Shown piece by piece: positions 46,856-56,100 of a DNA stretch of 64,000 bases (positions are counted from its first letter, which is position 1; each line of letters starts with the position of its first letter). The notes under the pieces were generated by a model. It made no database searches and was not told the DNA's origin. It saw only the letters and a list, made by a program, of their open reading frames with translations. Source of the DNA: a virus; the IMG/VR virus record IMGVR_UViG_3300010885_052266, positions 1-64,000 of that record. The stretch is one strand, 5' to 3'. Both the position numbers and the translations under genes were made by a program.

Positions 46856-47144
46856 TGCCACAACGGCTACCGCGCTCGATCGCCTTACGCCCGAGCAAAT
46901 GGCGCGCGTCGAGGAAGCCCACGCTTTGGCCACCGTTGTCCTGGAACTTCTGAAGCCACTCACCAGGGCCGATCCGAGATCTCTGTTGGCGGTTTTGACG
47001 GTCGTGCTCGCCAACGTCGCGACATGGGTTCCGAACGCCACACCGGAGACCGACAAAGAGATGATGGACATCCTCGTGGCCAATGTCCATGCGACGTTGG
47101 CGAACGCTCGGCTCGAAGTAGCGCCACCGGCGGGGAACGCGTGA
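46848..47144 (+). CDS. Hypothetical protein
   Basis: GGAGG RBS + GTG. Confidence 0.55.
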   Translation: MDSATTATALDRLTPEQMARVEEAHALATVVLELLKPLTRADPRSLLAVLTVVLANVATWVPNATPETDKEMMDILVANVHATLANARLEVAPPAGNA

Positions 47145-47347
47145 TGGCTGAGCGGGTAGCTGATGACTTCGCCCACATCGCGGCGCGGACCAAGGAGCTT
47201 GCCGCCGAGCGGGAAGCCGCCCTCAAGCGTGCCCCGACCATGGGCGACACGTGCCGGCATTGCTCGGTCGGTTCCCTGACTTATCGGTCCGGAAAGCTGG
47301 TCTGCGATCGGTGCAGCCTCGACCCGGATGGAGGCCGGCATGGCTGA
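47144..47347 (+). CDS. Small zinc-ribbon protein
   Basis: CRHC...LVCDRC. Confidence 0.5.
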   Translation: MAERVADDFAHIAARTKELAAEREAALKRAPTMGDTCRHCSVGSLTYRSGKLVCDRCSLDPDGGRHG

Positions 47348-47459
47348 CGGCAGCAAGATCGAATGGACCAACGCGACCTGGAACCCCGTCACGGGATGCA
47401 CCATCGATGCGGCCCATGAGCGGGTCGCGGCCCGACGGGGCCGGCGGGGGATGCCATGA
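47340..47459 (+). pseudogene. Remnant of a Gp37/Gp68 (DUF5131) gene
   Basis: MADGSKIEWTNATWNPVTGCT, then divergence and a stop after 39 aa. Confidence 0.7.
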
Positions 47460-47625
47460 CTTTCAGTGGTGACGCACAAGCCGACCTCTGCCGACTACTC
47501 GGAAACGGCTGCTGGCCTCGCGTGATCCTGACCACGCCTTTCGTGCTCGTATGGGCGGTTCTCGCCGGGATCCGATTGGCAGGCAGGTGCGCGGGTTCGC
47601 TCTACGGCATGACGCGAGACGTCCA

Positions 47626-48507
47626 ATGATACCGCCAGGCGCTGAAACACTCTTGCCGAACGCGCTGCTGATCGTGGCTGCGATCGATGCGGGACAACTC
47701 ACTGGCTCACATTATAGCCAAATGAGCGACGAAATCGGAGGCGCGATCCACAAGAACGCGGCGTGGGTCCGACGTCACGGCAAGCCGATCGACTCGGAGC
47801 TGCGCAATTGCGCAGCTCCGCAATGGGCCAATCTGAGCCCTCGCAGCTACTGCTCTCTGCGGCTAGATGGCATCATGCTGGCTCGCCTGCTCCGTTCGGC
47901 TGAGCCCAACGAGCAACCTCTGCAGGGTTGCAGGTGGTGTGGAACCAGCCGCGGGCCGGTAGGCGATATCTATGGGTGTCGCCAACTATACTCGTGTGGC
48001 TCGGTTCAGCAGTGGTGTCCGGACCAGGTCCCCGGCCTGCCGAAGCCTGAAATCCCACCAAGGCTGCGCTCGGCTCAGCACCAAGGCGTTTGGTTCCGAG
48101 CGTTTCCTTGTTCCAAGCTGCAACGGTCATTCGATCGGCCCAACGTCACCAGCGACGGCGTTGAACCGATTCCCGGCATGCTGGTCGACCTGAACAGGGG
48201 AAGCGGCGCCTATGGCCTCTACCAGACAGGGACCGTCCTTGCCTCAGCGTCCGGCACGGCGCTGGTCTCTTGGCCTGACCTGCCCGCCGATATCGTCGAG
48301 ACCAGCCAGCTCATCACGCCCGGCGCCAAGGATAACACCGGGCTGACCGACTACCAGGCCAAGGTCTGCGCCGCGATCCGAGACGGCCGATTGGTTCTGA
48401 CCAACGAAGGCGGCGTGCAGGTCGGTCGGATCGATGGCGCCAAGATTTGCGCCGATGCCCTTGCCGTGATGCGGGAGCGGGGCTTCCTCGCCGGGCTTGA
48501 GTCATGA
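47626..48507 (+). CDS. Hypothetical protein
   Basis: Long ORF in operon orientation. Confidence 0.5.
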   Translation: MIPPGAETLLPNALLIVAAIDAGQLTGSHYSQMSDEIGGAIHKNAAWVRRHGKPIDSELRNCAAPQWANLSPRSYCSLRLDGIMLARLLRSAEPNEQPLQGCRWCGTSRGPVGDIYGCRQLYSCGSVQQWCPDQVPGLPKPEIPPRLRSAQHQGVWFRAFPCSKLQRSFDRPNVTSDGVEPIPGMLVDLNRGSGAYGLYQTGTVLASASGTALVSWPDLPADIVETSQLITPGAKDNTGLTDYQAKVCAAIRDGRLVLTNEGGVQVGRIDGAKICADALAVMRERGFLAGLES

Positions 48508-48932
48508 AGCCGACGAACGCTGGCCGCTCGCTCGGAAATGTTCTGCAACGCGAGGCGCGCTTCAGGGCGTCTGGCCAATGGCCGGCCTGGCGCTGGCAGG
48601 ACTTGCCCGACGGCGTCCCCGGTGCCTCGGGCTGGTCGGCCGATGTCAGGCGGGTCGCCGAGAACGGTGTGTTCGTTGTCCTCGTCCGGGACCTGGACGC
48701 CGGGCCGTTTGGCAAGCTCCAGCACGCCATGATCAGAACGACGTCGGCGACCGAGGTCACATGGCGCGAGAAGCAGCGGATCAAGGACGAGCTGTTCGGC
48801 CGGGAGCGCACCGCGATCGAGGTGTTCCCACCGGTCAGCGAGCTGATCGACGAAGCCAACGCCTACCACCTCTGGGTGTTCCCGCCCGGCACGCTGCTGC
48901 CGTTCACCCTGGCGAGGCGGCCTGCACAGTGA
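48504..48932 (+). CDS. Conserved-looking phage protein
   Basis: TWREKQRIKDELFG..AIEVFP...LIDEANAYHLW. Confidence 0.7.
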   Translation: MKPTNAGRSLGNVLQREARFRASGQWPAWRWQDLPDGVPGASGWSADVRRVAENGVFVVLVRDLDAGPFGKLQHAMIRTTSATEVTWREKQRIKDELFGRERTAIEVFPPVSELIDEANAYHLWVFPPGTLLPFTLARRPAQ

Positions 48933-49180
48933 CGGCGTGCGCTTCCCTGCTGTGCGATGCCTGTGCCCATCCCGGTCGGTGCTGCACGGGCTTTGAACTG
49001 AATGGCGGCTCGTTCGGCGCCGGCGAGACTGCACTGGAGATGCTGGTGCGCATGGCAACAATCACGACCGCCACGAACGCGGATGGCAACCCGGCCGTGG
49101 TGCTCGGCAAGCAGCCCCTGCCTCAACCCCTACGACCGCGATCGCTGCCACCGCGCGGTCCTGATGGAGCTTGCAAACCG

Positions 49181-50170
49181 ATGAGCGAAGATCCGAAGCC
49201 AATCTATCTGCCGAGTCGGCTCCACTTCGCCGATCTGCCGGGCACAGTCAGCCTCGACCCGGGGAACGTCAAATTCCTTTGGCTGGGACCGACCATACCG
49301 GTTCCGGCCGGACCATACAGGCGCCCTATCCTGGGAGACGAGCCACTCCCGACTCCCCTGGCGACTCCCCTGGCGCCGCAAGCGGAAGCAGGGACAGTGT
49401 CCCAACCGCCGGTCGCGTCCGGGTTGGTCACGGATGCTCCGTCGAGCCAAGGCGCGGTGGCGACATCGGCCGATCCGGCCTCGTCCAACCCAGTGCCCGA
49501 CTTTCCCGTCGAGACGTCGCCGCCTGTCGCAACCCCGGTCCCGGCGCCACTGCCCGGTCTGGAAGCCGCGATCCGTGCCTGCGCCCCGCGCCTGACCGAT
49601 GCGCAGATCGCGTCCTGGGTCGACGCGCTGACGGAGACTCTGCGGCGCAACCGCATCGACACGCCGCGCCGGATTGCCGCGTTTGTCGGCCAGTGCGCGC
49701 ATGAAAGCGGCGGCTTCACGGTGATGCAGGAAAACCTGAACTACCGCGCCGAACGCCTGTATCAGGTCTGGCCGGCACGGTTTCCGAACCTTGCGGCGGC
49801 GAACGAGTGCGCGCGCAACCCGGAACGGTTGGCCAACCGTGTCTATGCAAACCGTATGGGCAACGGCGATGAGGCTTCAGGCGATGGCTGGCGCTTTCGC
49901 GGTCGTGGCCTGATCCAGTTGACCGGTCGATCCAACTACCAGCGCTTCGCCAACAGCCTGGGCTGCACCATCGAGGAAGCGGCCCAGCGCGCCGAAACGC
50001 CGCGGGGCGCCGGGGAAAGCGCGGCGTTCTTCTGGTCGGCCAACAGCCTGAATACCCTGGCCGATGCCTGGTCCATCGACGCCATGACCCGCAAGATCAA
50101 TGGCGGCACCGCGGGCGCGGCCGAACGCCGCCACCTGTGCGACGCCGCCCTCGCCGCCATCGGAGAATAG
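49181..50170 (+). CDS. Endolysin, glycoside hydrolase family 19, with a Pro-rich N-terminus
   Basis: AAFVGQCAHESGGF, ENLNY, ANRVYANRMGNGD, FRGRGLIQLTGRSNY, TRKINGG. Confidence 0.92.
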   Translation: MSEDPKPIYLPSRLHFADLPGTVSLDPGNVKFLWLGPTIPVPAGPYRRPILGDEPLPTPLATPLAPQAEAGTVSQPPVASGLVTDAPSSQGAVATSADPASSNPVPDFPVETSPPVATPVPAPLPGLEAAIRACAPRLTDAQIASWVDALTETLRRNRIDTPRRIAAFVGQCAHESGGFTVMQENLNYRAERLYQVWPARFPNLAAANECARNPERLANRVYANRMGNGDEASGDGWRFRGRGLIQLTGRSNYQRFANSLGCTIEEAAQRAETPRGAGESAAFFWSANSLNTLADAWSIDAMTRKINGGTAGAAERRHLCDAALAAIGE

Positions 50171-50171
50171 A

Positions 50172-50825
50172 ATGTTTGCAGCATTACTGCCGCTTGTCCT
50201 GAGCCTGGCCCCGCAACTCGCGGGCATGATCTTCGGATCGAAAGGCGGAGAGGCCGCCGATCAGGTCCTTGGCATCGTCAAGACCGTGGTCGGCGTCGAT
50301 CCAACAACATCGGAAGGCGCCGCCGCCGCGGTCGCCGCCATCCAGGGCAACCCCGATGCGGCGCGGGAGTTGCAGACGAGGCTCGGGGAACTGCATCTGC
50401 GCATGCTGACCGAGCAGAACCGGGAACAGGACCAACAGCGCGAGGACGCCCTGAAGGAGCTGCAAAGACGGTTGACCGATGTGGGGTCCGCGCGGTCCCA
50501 TACAATCGCCCTGGCCGGAACGAACAGTCCACTGGCGTATGGCAGCATGATCCTGTCGGGTTTCATCCTGATCGCCTTTTCGATCATGCTGTACGTGGTA
50601 CTGACCAGCCAAATGCCGCAGGACAACGCCGCCTTGGCCAACGTCCTGCTGGGCACCTTGGCCGCCATGGCAACCCAGGTCGCCAATTACTGGTTGGGAT
50701 CGAGTTCAGGCAGTGCGGCAAAGAACTCGGCATTGGCCGGGGCGCATAATGCGCTGGCCAACAGCGTGCCGGCCGATCTGGCGCGCTCGGTCGGCCCCAG
50801 CGAGCCGCCCGGTCGGTTCCAGTAA
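50172..50825 (+). CDS. Holin-like membrane protein (3TM type)
   Basis: TM segments and YWLGSSSGS..K; follows the endolysin. Confidence 0.7.
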   Translation: MFAALLPLVLSLAPQLAGMIFGSKGGEAADQVLGIVKTVVGVDPTTSEGAAAAVAAIQGNPDAARELQTRLGELHLRMLTEQNREQDQQREDALKELQRRLTDVGSARSHTIALAGTNSPLAYGSMILSGFILIAFSIMLYVVLTSQMPQDNAALANVLLGTLAAMATQVANYWLGSSSGSAAKNSALAGAHNALANSVPADLARSVGPSEPPGRFQ

Positions 50826-51149
50826 ACGTCGCGGGAAATTGCGCCCCGGTTCGCACCGGCTGAGTCCGATGCACGGCAGTCGGTTCGTCGTTTGGGAGAG
50901 ATTTACTGGCGTCAGGCGACGCTCAAGCATTACCGCATCGGGGGACGGTGGCGGCTACCTAGCGACGGTGGCGGCAGCGAAGAAGCTGCACCAGATCGCG
51001 CCGCTTCAGTTGGTGCGGGCCCTCGGACCGGCGACGGGATGGTACCGGCCAGTGTGCGAGCTTCGCTGGCCACCCTTTGATGAATCCCCACACGGCGAGC
51101 TTCGCTGGCCGCCTTTTGATGACCTCTTACACGGGAAGGAACCCTGATA

Positions 51150-52247
51150 ATGGACGACGTATCAGACGATATGCGAGAGATTTTCCAGGCGGCCGGGATG
51201 TCGGAAGACCAGGCCGATGATTTGCTAAAAGCCGCTGAGATGCTCGTGGGGGGGGATGGCCGATTGCTCGTGAAGCCATGGCGGCTGACGCCAGAGGCGA
51301 CACGGAAGGCACTTCTGGAAGAACAGGTGTCGACGGAGCTCGGCGGCGCGTGGGAAGATCAAGACGACACGGAAGAGGCCACACAGGCCGGCCTGGAAAG
51401 CGCGATTACTCTGCTCAGGCAGGGGCGACTCATCTGGCTGGACGAGGTGCCGCCGCTTGATGTGCTGGAGCGGGAATCGGGCCGCGGACAACAGATGTTT
51501 TTTGATGGCTTCATTCGCCATCCCTTTCAGGACGGCTATATCCTGGCGTTCAACAACAGCAGCTTTAACCGCGAAAACGCGGCAGGCATGAAGGAATTTG
51601 CAGAGGTATTCGAGAAGCTAGGCGTCACCGACGCCGCTAGCGGTCACGTCATGGTGATCGAGCCACGGGCCGCCGAAAAGGATGACCTCGGTCCGCCGAA
51701 AGTCGACGTATTCGCTTTTGCCGCGATGGAAGTACAGGGGGAGAAGTTACTCACGCCGTCCGTGGAATTCATATTTCATGTGACGAAAGACGGTCTCAAG
51801 GCCGAAGACCCGGACGGCCTTGATGACGCCTTCCTCGAACCGCAGCAGCGTTTGGCTGTGAACCACCTGCGTCACCAATGCTCGCACATGCTGTTCTATG
51901 GGTTGATGATCTTGAATACCGAGTTCGTGCCAATCGAGGCCGTGCCAGCCCCTGAGAAGCTCAACAAGCAACGGGTTAAAAGTGGAAAGGACCCACTGCC
52001 TGGCTTCACCAAAGTCCACACCGAAGACTACATCACGGCTCTGACCGGCAAACCCAAGGCGCGATCCGAGGATGCGCAGGGCGGAACGCACGCCTCCCCT
52101 GTCCCGCATCTGCGCCGCGGCCATCGTCGATGGCTGGACGCCGAGCATACCCGCTCGACATGGGTTAGGGATTCGCTCGTCAACGTCCGCAAGCAGGTGT
52201 TCGGCGACCGGACGCGGTCATTTTACGACGCCAGTAAGCTGCATTGA
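51150..52247 (+). CDS. Hypothetical phage protein with HxRRGH motif
   Basis: KLNKQR, SPVPHLRRGHRR. Confidence 0.65.
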   Translation: MDDVSDDMREIFQAAGMSEDQADDLLKAAEMLVGGDGRLLVKPWRLTPEATRKALLEEQVSTELGGAWEDQDDTEEATQAGLESAITLLRQGRLIWLDEVPPLDVLERESGRGQQMFFDGFIRHPFQDGYILAFNNSSFNRENAAGMKEFAEVFEKLGVTDAASGHVMVIEPRAAEKDDLGPPKVDVFAFAAMEVQGEKLLTPSVEFIFHVTKDGLKAEDPDGLDDAFLEPQQRLAVNHLRHQCSHMLFYGLMILNTEFVPIEAVPAPEKLNKQRVKSGKDPLPGFTKVHTEDYITALTGKPKARSEDAQGGTHASPVPHLRRGHRRWLDAEHTRSTWVRDSLVNVRKQVFGDRTRSFYDASKLH

Positions 52248-52258
52248 GTAGGACGGGA

Positions 52259-52291
52259 GGCGAGGCCGGCTCCACCTGAGCCGGCCTCGCC
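52259..52291. terminator. Hairpin between convergent transcription units
   Basis: GGCGAGGCCGGCTC cacct GAGCCGGCCTCGCC. Confidence 0.65.
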
Positions 52292-52390
52292 CTAGCATCA
52301 GGAGCGGCGCGGTGGCGTCTTTTTCACCGTGGCCTTATCGGCCCCACTGGCCGTATCCGTCTCCGTTGCTGCGGCCTCGGCGGCCGGCGT

Positions 52391-52756
52391 TTACGCAGTC
52401 TCCTCCTCCGCCGGCGCGACGACAGGCGCCTCGGTCGAGGCGCCCTCGATCGCATCGATCAAAGCCATCACCCCGCTCGACGCCACGGTGAAGTTCACCT
52501 TGTCCAGACGCATCCGCAGGTATTCGTAGTCCGCATCCTCCAGCGCGAGGTGCGTCTGGCCAAGCTGGGCGTCGAGGGTGTTCAGGACACGCATCGCGCT
52601 GCGCACGCCCTGGACATTCATGCCGTTCGGGTCGAACTGGCACATGTTCCTGATGTGCTCCGCAAAGACGACATCCGGGTGAATCACCGCTTCGCCTTTG
52701 TCGGTAAAGCCCCGGATCGCCCCGCTCGGGACCGTCTTCAGTTCGATGTATTTCAT
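52391..52756 (-). CDS. Hypothetical protein (tail fibre region)
   Basis: Downstream of the fibre genes. Confidence 0.55.
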   Translation of the reverse strand: MKYIELKTVPSGAIRGFTDKGEAVIHPDVVFAEHIRNMCQFDPNGMNVQGVRSAMRVLNTLDAQLGQTHLALEDADYEYLRMRLDKVNFTVASSGVMALIDAIEGASTEAPVVAPAEEETA

Positions 52757-52829
52757 GCCTGCCATCCATGATTTGTGACACGGCACAGGGAAATGTGGGC
52801 GGTCGCCGGGTCAAAGGGCTCGGACGGAG

Positions 52830-53150
52830 TCAGCCCTCCTCGGCGCCGACGAACTGAGGCATGTCAGCGATCACCTGATACAGCGCGCCGCGCGGGTCGG
52901 CGGACCACGGCACGATGGCCCCGGCAAGGTCTTCCATCGGAATGCCTATCACCCTGGTGTCGACGTGGTCCTTCTTGTCCATCCTGGCCGCCTGGTTCAT
53001 GTATCCGAGCAGGGTGACCCGGACCACGCCGGTCTTTTCGACCCCGTCCAGCTCGAACGCCTCATCGTAGTTCCAGTGCGCCGTTTCGATCCTCCAATAC
53101 TGGAGTGTCATCCCTGTCCGCTGGTATTCGAGGGCCTTCAGAAGTGCCAT
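52830..53150 (-). CDS. Probable tail fibre accessory protein
   Basis: MALLK..YWRI...LY..I...PQF.GAE pattern directly after the fibre. Confidence 0.55.
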   Translation of the reverse strand: MALLKALEYQRTGMTLQYWRIETAHWNYDEAFELDGVEKTGVVRVTLLGYMNQAARMDKKDHVDTRVIGIPMEDLAGAIVPWSADPRGALYQVIADMPQFVGAEEG

Positions 53151-53152
53151 GG

Positions 53153-56100
53153 TTAAGCTCCGATCAGACCGTGGGTGGTCGCCGCCGCTTGAAGGGCCAT
53201 CACGCGGCCGGCGAGCTGCGCCAGCGTGACAGTGGCCGTGTCGTAGACCGTCGCCTTGTTGGTGGTCCCGGTCATGGCGGCCCAGCCGGTGTCGTGGGCG
53301 CCGACCACCTGCGTGCCGTTGATCTGTAGCACTTTCCCGGACGCGAGGTTGATATGGTCGAGTGCGCTGATGATGCCCGTGCCCTTGGCATCCAGGATCA
53401 GGTTTACATCGGCATTCGCGCCGAGAGCCGAGACGGTCACCCCATTGCCGGTGGCGCCGCCGGTGATCGCGACGTAGTTGACAGCGGACGCGGTGTTGGT
53501 GACGGCCAACTGGACGCCGCCTGACGCCGCAAAGGTCATGCCGCCCGTGCCGCCTCCAGCTATCGCAATAGCCGTACCGCTTGTCGTGTTAGGTGTTATC
53601 GACACCGTATTGCCGGACGATCCGATAGTTACCACACCATTCGGCGATATGCTCAGCGCCGACACTGGCGGTGCAGCATTGGAGGTTAAAAAATCCAATG
53701 TAATCTGATTGCTGCCATTGTTAGTAGCTCTAATCAATGCGTCGCGTGTATTTACGCCGTTGTTCCCCGGATCGAGCGAAATTGCAACCGCAGTGCTGGC
53801 CGTCAAAGAGGCATTTATTAACCTCATCGAATAAATTGTCGCCCCCGCAGCGGTTCCACTGACTTGAACCGGACCCGAAGCGGTCAGCAACCCAGCCGAA
53901 TGCGTGAGGGTGTAATTGCCCGCGTTGAAGTTGATAACCGCGCCCGAGGCCAAAAACGCATCCGCCCACATGAGCGACGTTGTTCCGAGCGCGGTGCCGT
54001 CTGAAACTGCTGGCGAAAGTGCCGACAATGTTAGCTGCATCTCGGCCGCGCTGTTGACCGCCCATCCAAGGGTATTCGCCGCAGGTAGGTACATACCATT
54101 GGTCGGCACGGTTGAACTGGACGGTATGAACGCCGTTGCAGTGAATGCAGCCGACCCGGTGACGGCTGGAGTGATCGCTACGACACCAGACCCCTTAGCA
54201 TTTAGGATCAGGTTGATATTAGTGTCACTGCCAAGCGCTGATATCGTCACGCCGCTCCCGGTAGCACCCCCCGTCAGGCTTGCATAATTAACAGAACTGG
54301 CGGTATTCGTGATCTGGAATTGGATTCCCCCCGCTGTGGCAAAGTTTATACCACCCGTGCCAGCGCCCGTGATGGTGGCTGCCGTGGACGACGACGTGTT
54401 CGGCGCGATTGTGATCGTGTTGCCAGACGCACCGAACGTGGTGATCCCGGCGGCGTCGATCACCACCCGGTCCACCAGTGTCGTGGTGCCGAGGGTCGTC
54501 GTGCTGAAAACGATCGCCGTGCCATGCGCCGTCCCCGACCACGCCTCGTCGGTTCGCAACGCTATACGGACCTGCTCACCGCTGTAGGCCGATCCGTCGT
54601 ACCCTCGACCCGATATCGACCCCAAAATACTGCCGGTGCCGAGGCCAACTGGAGCCGCATTCGTGCCTAGCGATTTCCGGAATGTCAGGTATCCCTGCCC
54701 GGCGAACGTATCGACCAACAGGTATGCGTTGGCAGAATCCGCCTGAGTGGCCCGGAAGACCGTGCCGGACAGGTTCCCAGGAGCGGTCGCGGCGTTCAGG
54801 TTTAGAGCAATCGAGCCCAGGGCCTGGATCATGTGGACGCCGTCGTCCGCCACACCGCCTACCAACATCCGTCCCGCGCTGGTCAGCGCCCATTTTTCGA
54901 GAAAAGTGTTGGCCGTCGCGGCTTGGAAGATCGAGAACCGAGACGCGCCCCCGAGGGTGGACTCCGCGACCGGGCCGATCCGCACGCGCCCGCCCGGTCC
55001 GCCGGTCGAAACATCAAGGCTATTAAATTCGAGTTTTGCCCAAAGGTTCCCCGTGTCCCAGCCCGAGCCATTGGCTGAGTCCACGATCACAATACCGTTC
55101 GCGACGGCTGTCCCGGACGTGCCGTTTGACGCCGTGTTGATCGTCAGAAGTCCACCGTTCGAGCCAGACGGTCCGACAAGAACCAGTGTCGATGACGTGA
55201 TAGTCATCGCCGCAGACCCCGAGGTGGCTGATCCGCCTGACACCACAATACGAGCGTCGTAGTCAGGCGAAGATGCACTCGAATGGAAGTCAATGAACGG
55301 CGTTGACGTGCCGACACGTCCCGTCAAACCTATTTCGATGCTACTCGACCCGAAATGTACTTGATTATCTGTGCCGTAGTAGGCGAATACGGCTCCGTCC
55401 GAGCGGAGGCTGCTACCCGCATATACTGTCCCTACCACCCCCAACCCACCAGCAACAGTCAGGGCGCCCGTGGTGGAAGAAGTCGACGCCGTGGTCGGTT
55501 TCACCGCGATGACCGTTGATGTTCCGGTCAGGATCTGCGTCGTGTTGGCCGCCAACGCCACCGTGTTCCCCGAGGACAGATACATCCCGTTCACCGGGAC
55601 GGTGCTCCCGGTCACGATCAGGGACGCAGCCGTAGCCGAACCCGTCACCCCTAGCGTGCCGCCCACCGTCGTCGCACCGCCGCTGCCCTGGATCGCCAGG
55701 ACCGACACCCCGGACTTCGTCAGATTGACGGTCAGCCCGGCCCCGTAGCTTCTCCCGATCCGGATCAGAGCCTCGGTCGCCACGTTGGTTTCGGTCGATG
55801 CGGAGGCGGTCCACGCCGATCGAAAGAGTTCGACGCCGTCCGGGATCGTCGTGGTGATGGTGCCGCCCGAGACGTAGGCGGTCCACCCCGAGGCGTTGAT
55901 CGTGCCCCCCTCGGCGGTCTGCAACTCGAACGTGTTCGTGGTCGCGTTTGCGACGCGATAGGAAATCTTGATCGTCCCACCACCCGTATAGGTGCCGAAA
56001 TTCGTGGTATCGACCGCAACCCCGCTCGGATAGGTCAGTGTGAACGTGTCGTTCGTCCGGTTCGCCACGACATAGTACGGATTGCCCACCAGCTGATACA

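Noticed and set aside
48497-49180. Long N-terminal extension of the endolysin (557 aa ORF)
   Set aside because: It overlaps ORF 48504..48932. ATG 49181 with a GGAG RBS is the likelier start, and 48929-49184 looks like gene debris.
51057-51122. 27 bp direct repeat (ELRWPPFD x2)
   Set aside because: Only two copies, in a doubtful ORF, with no further pattern.
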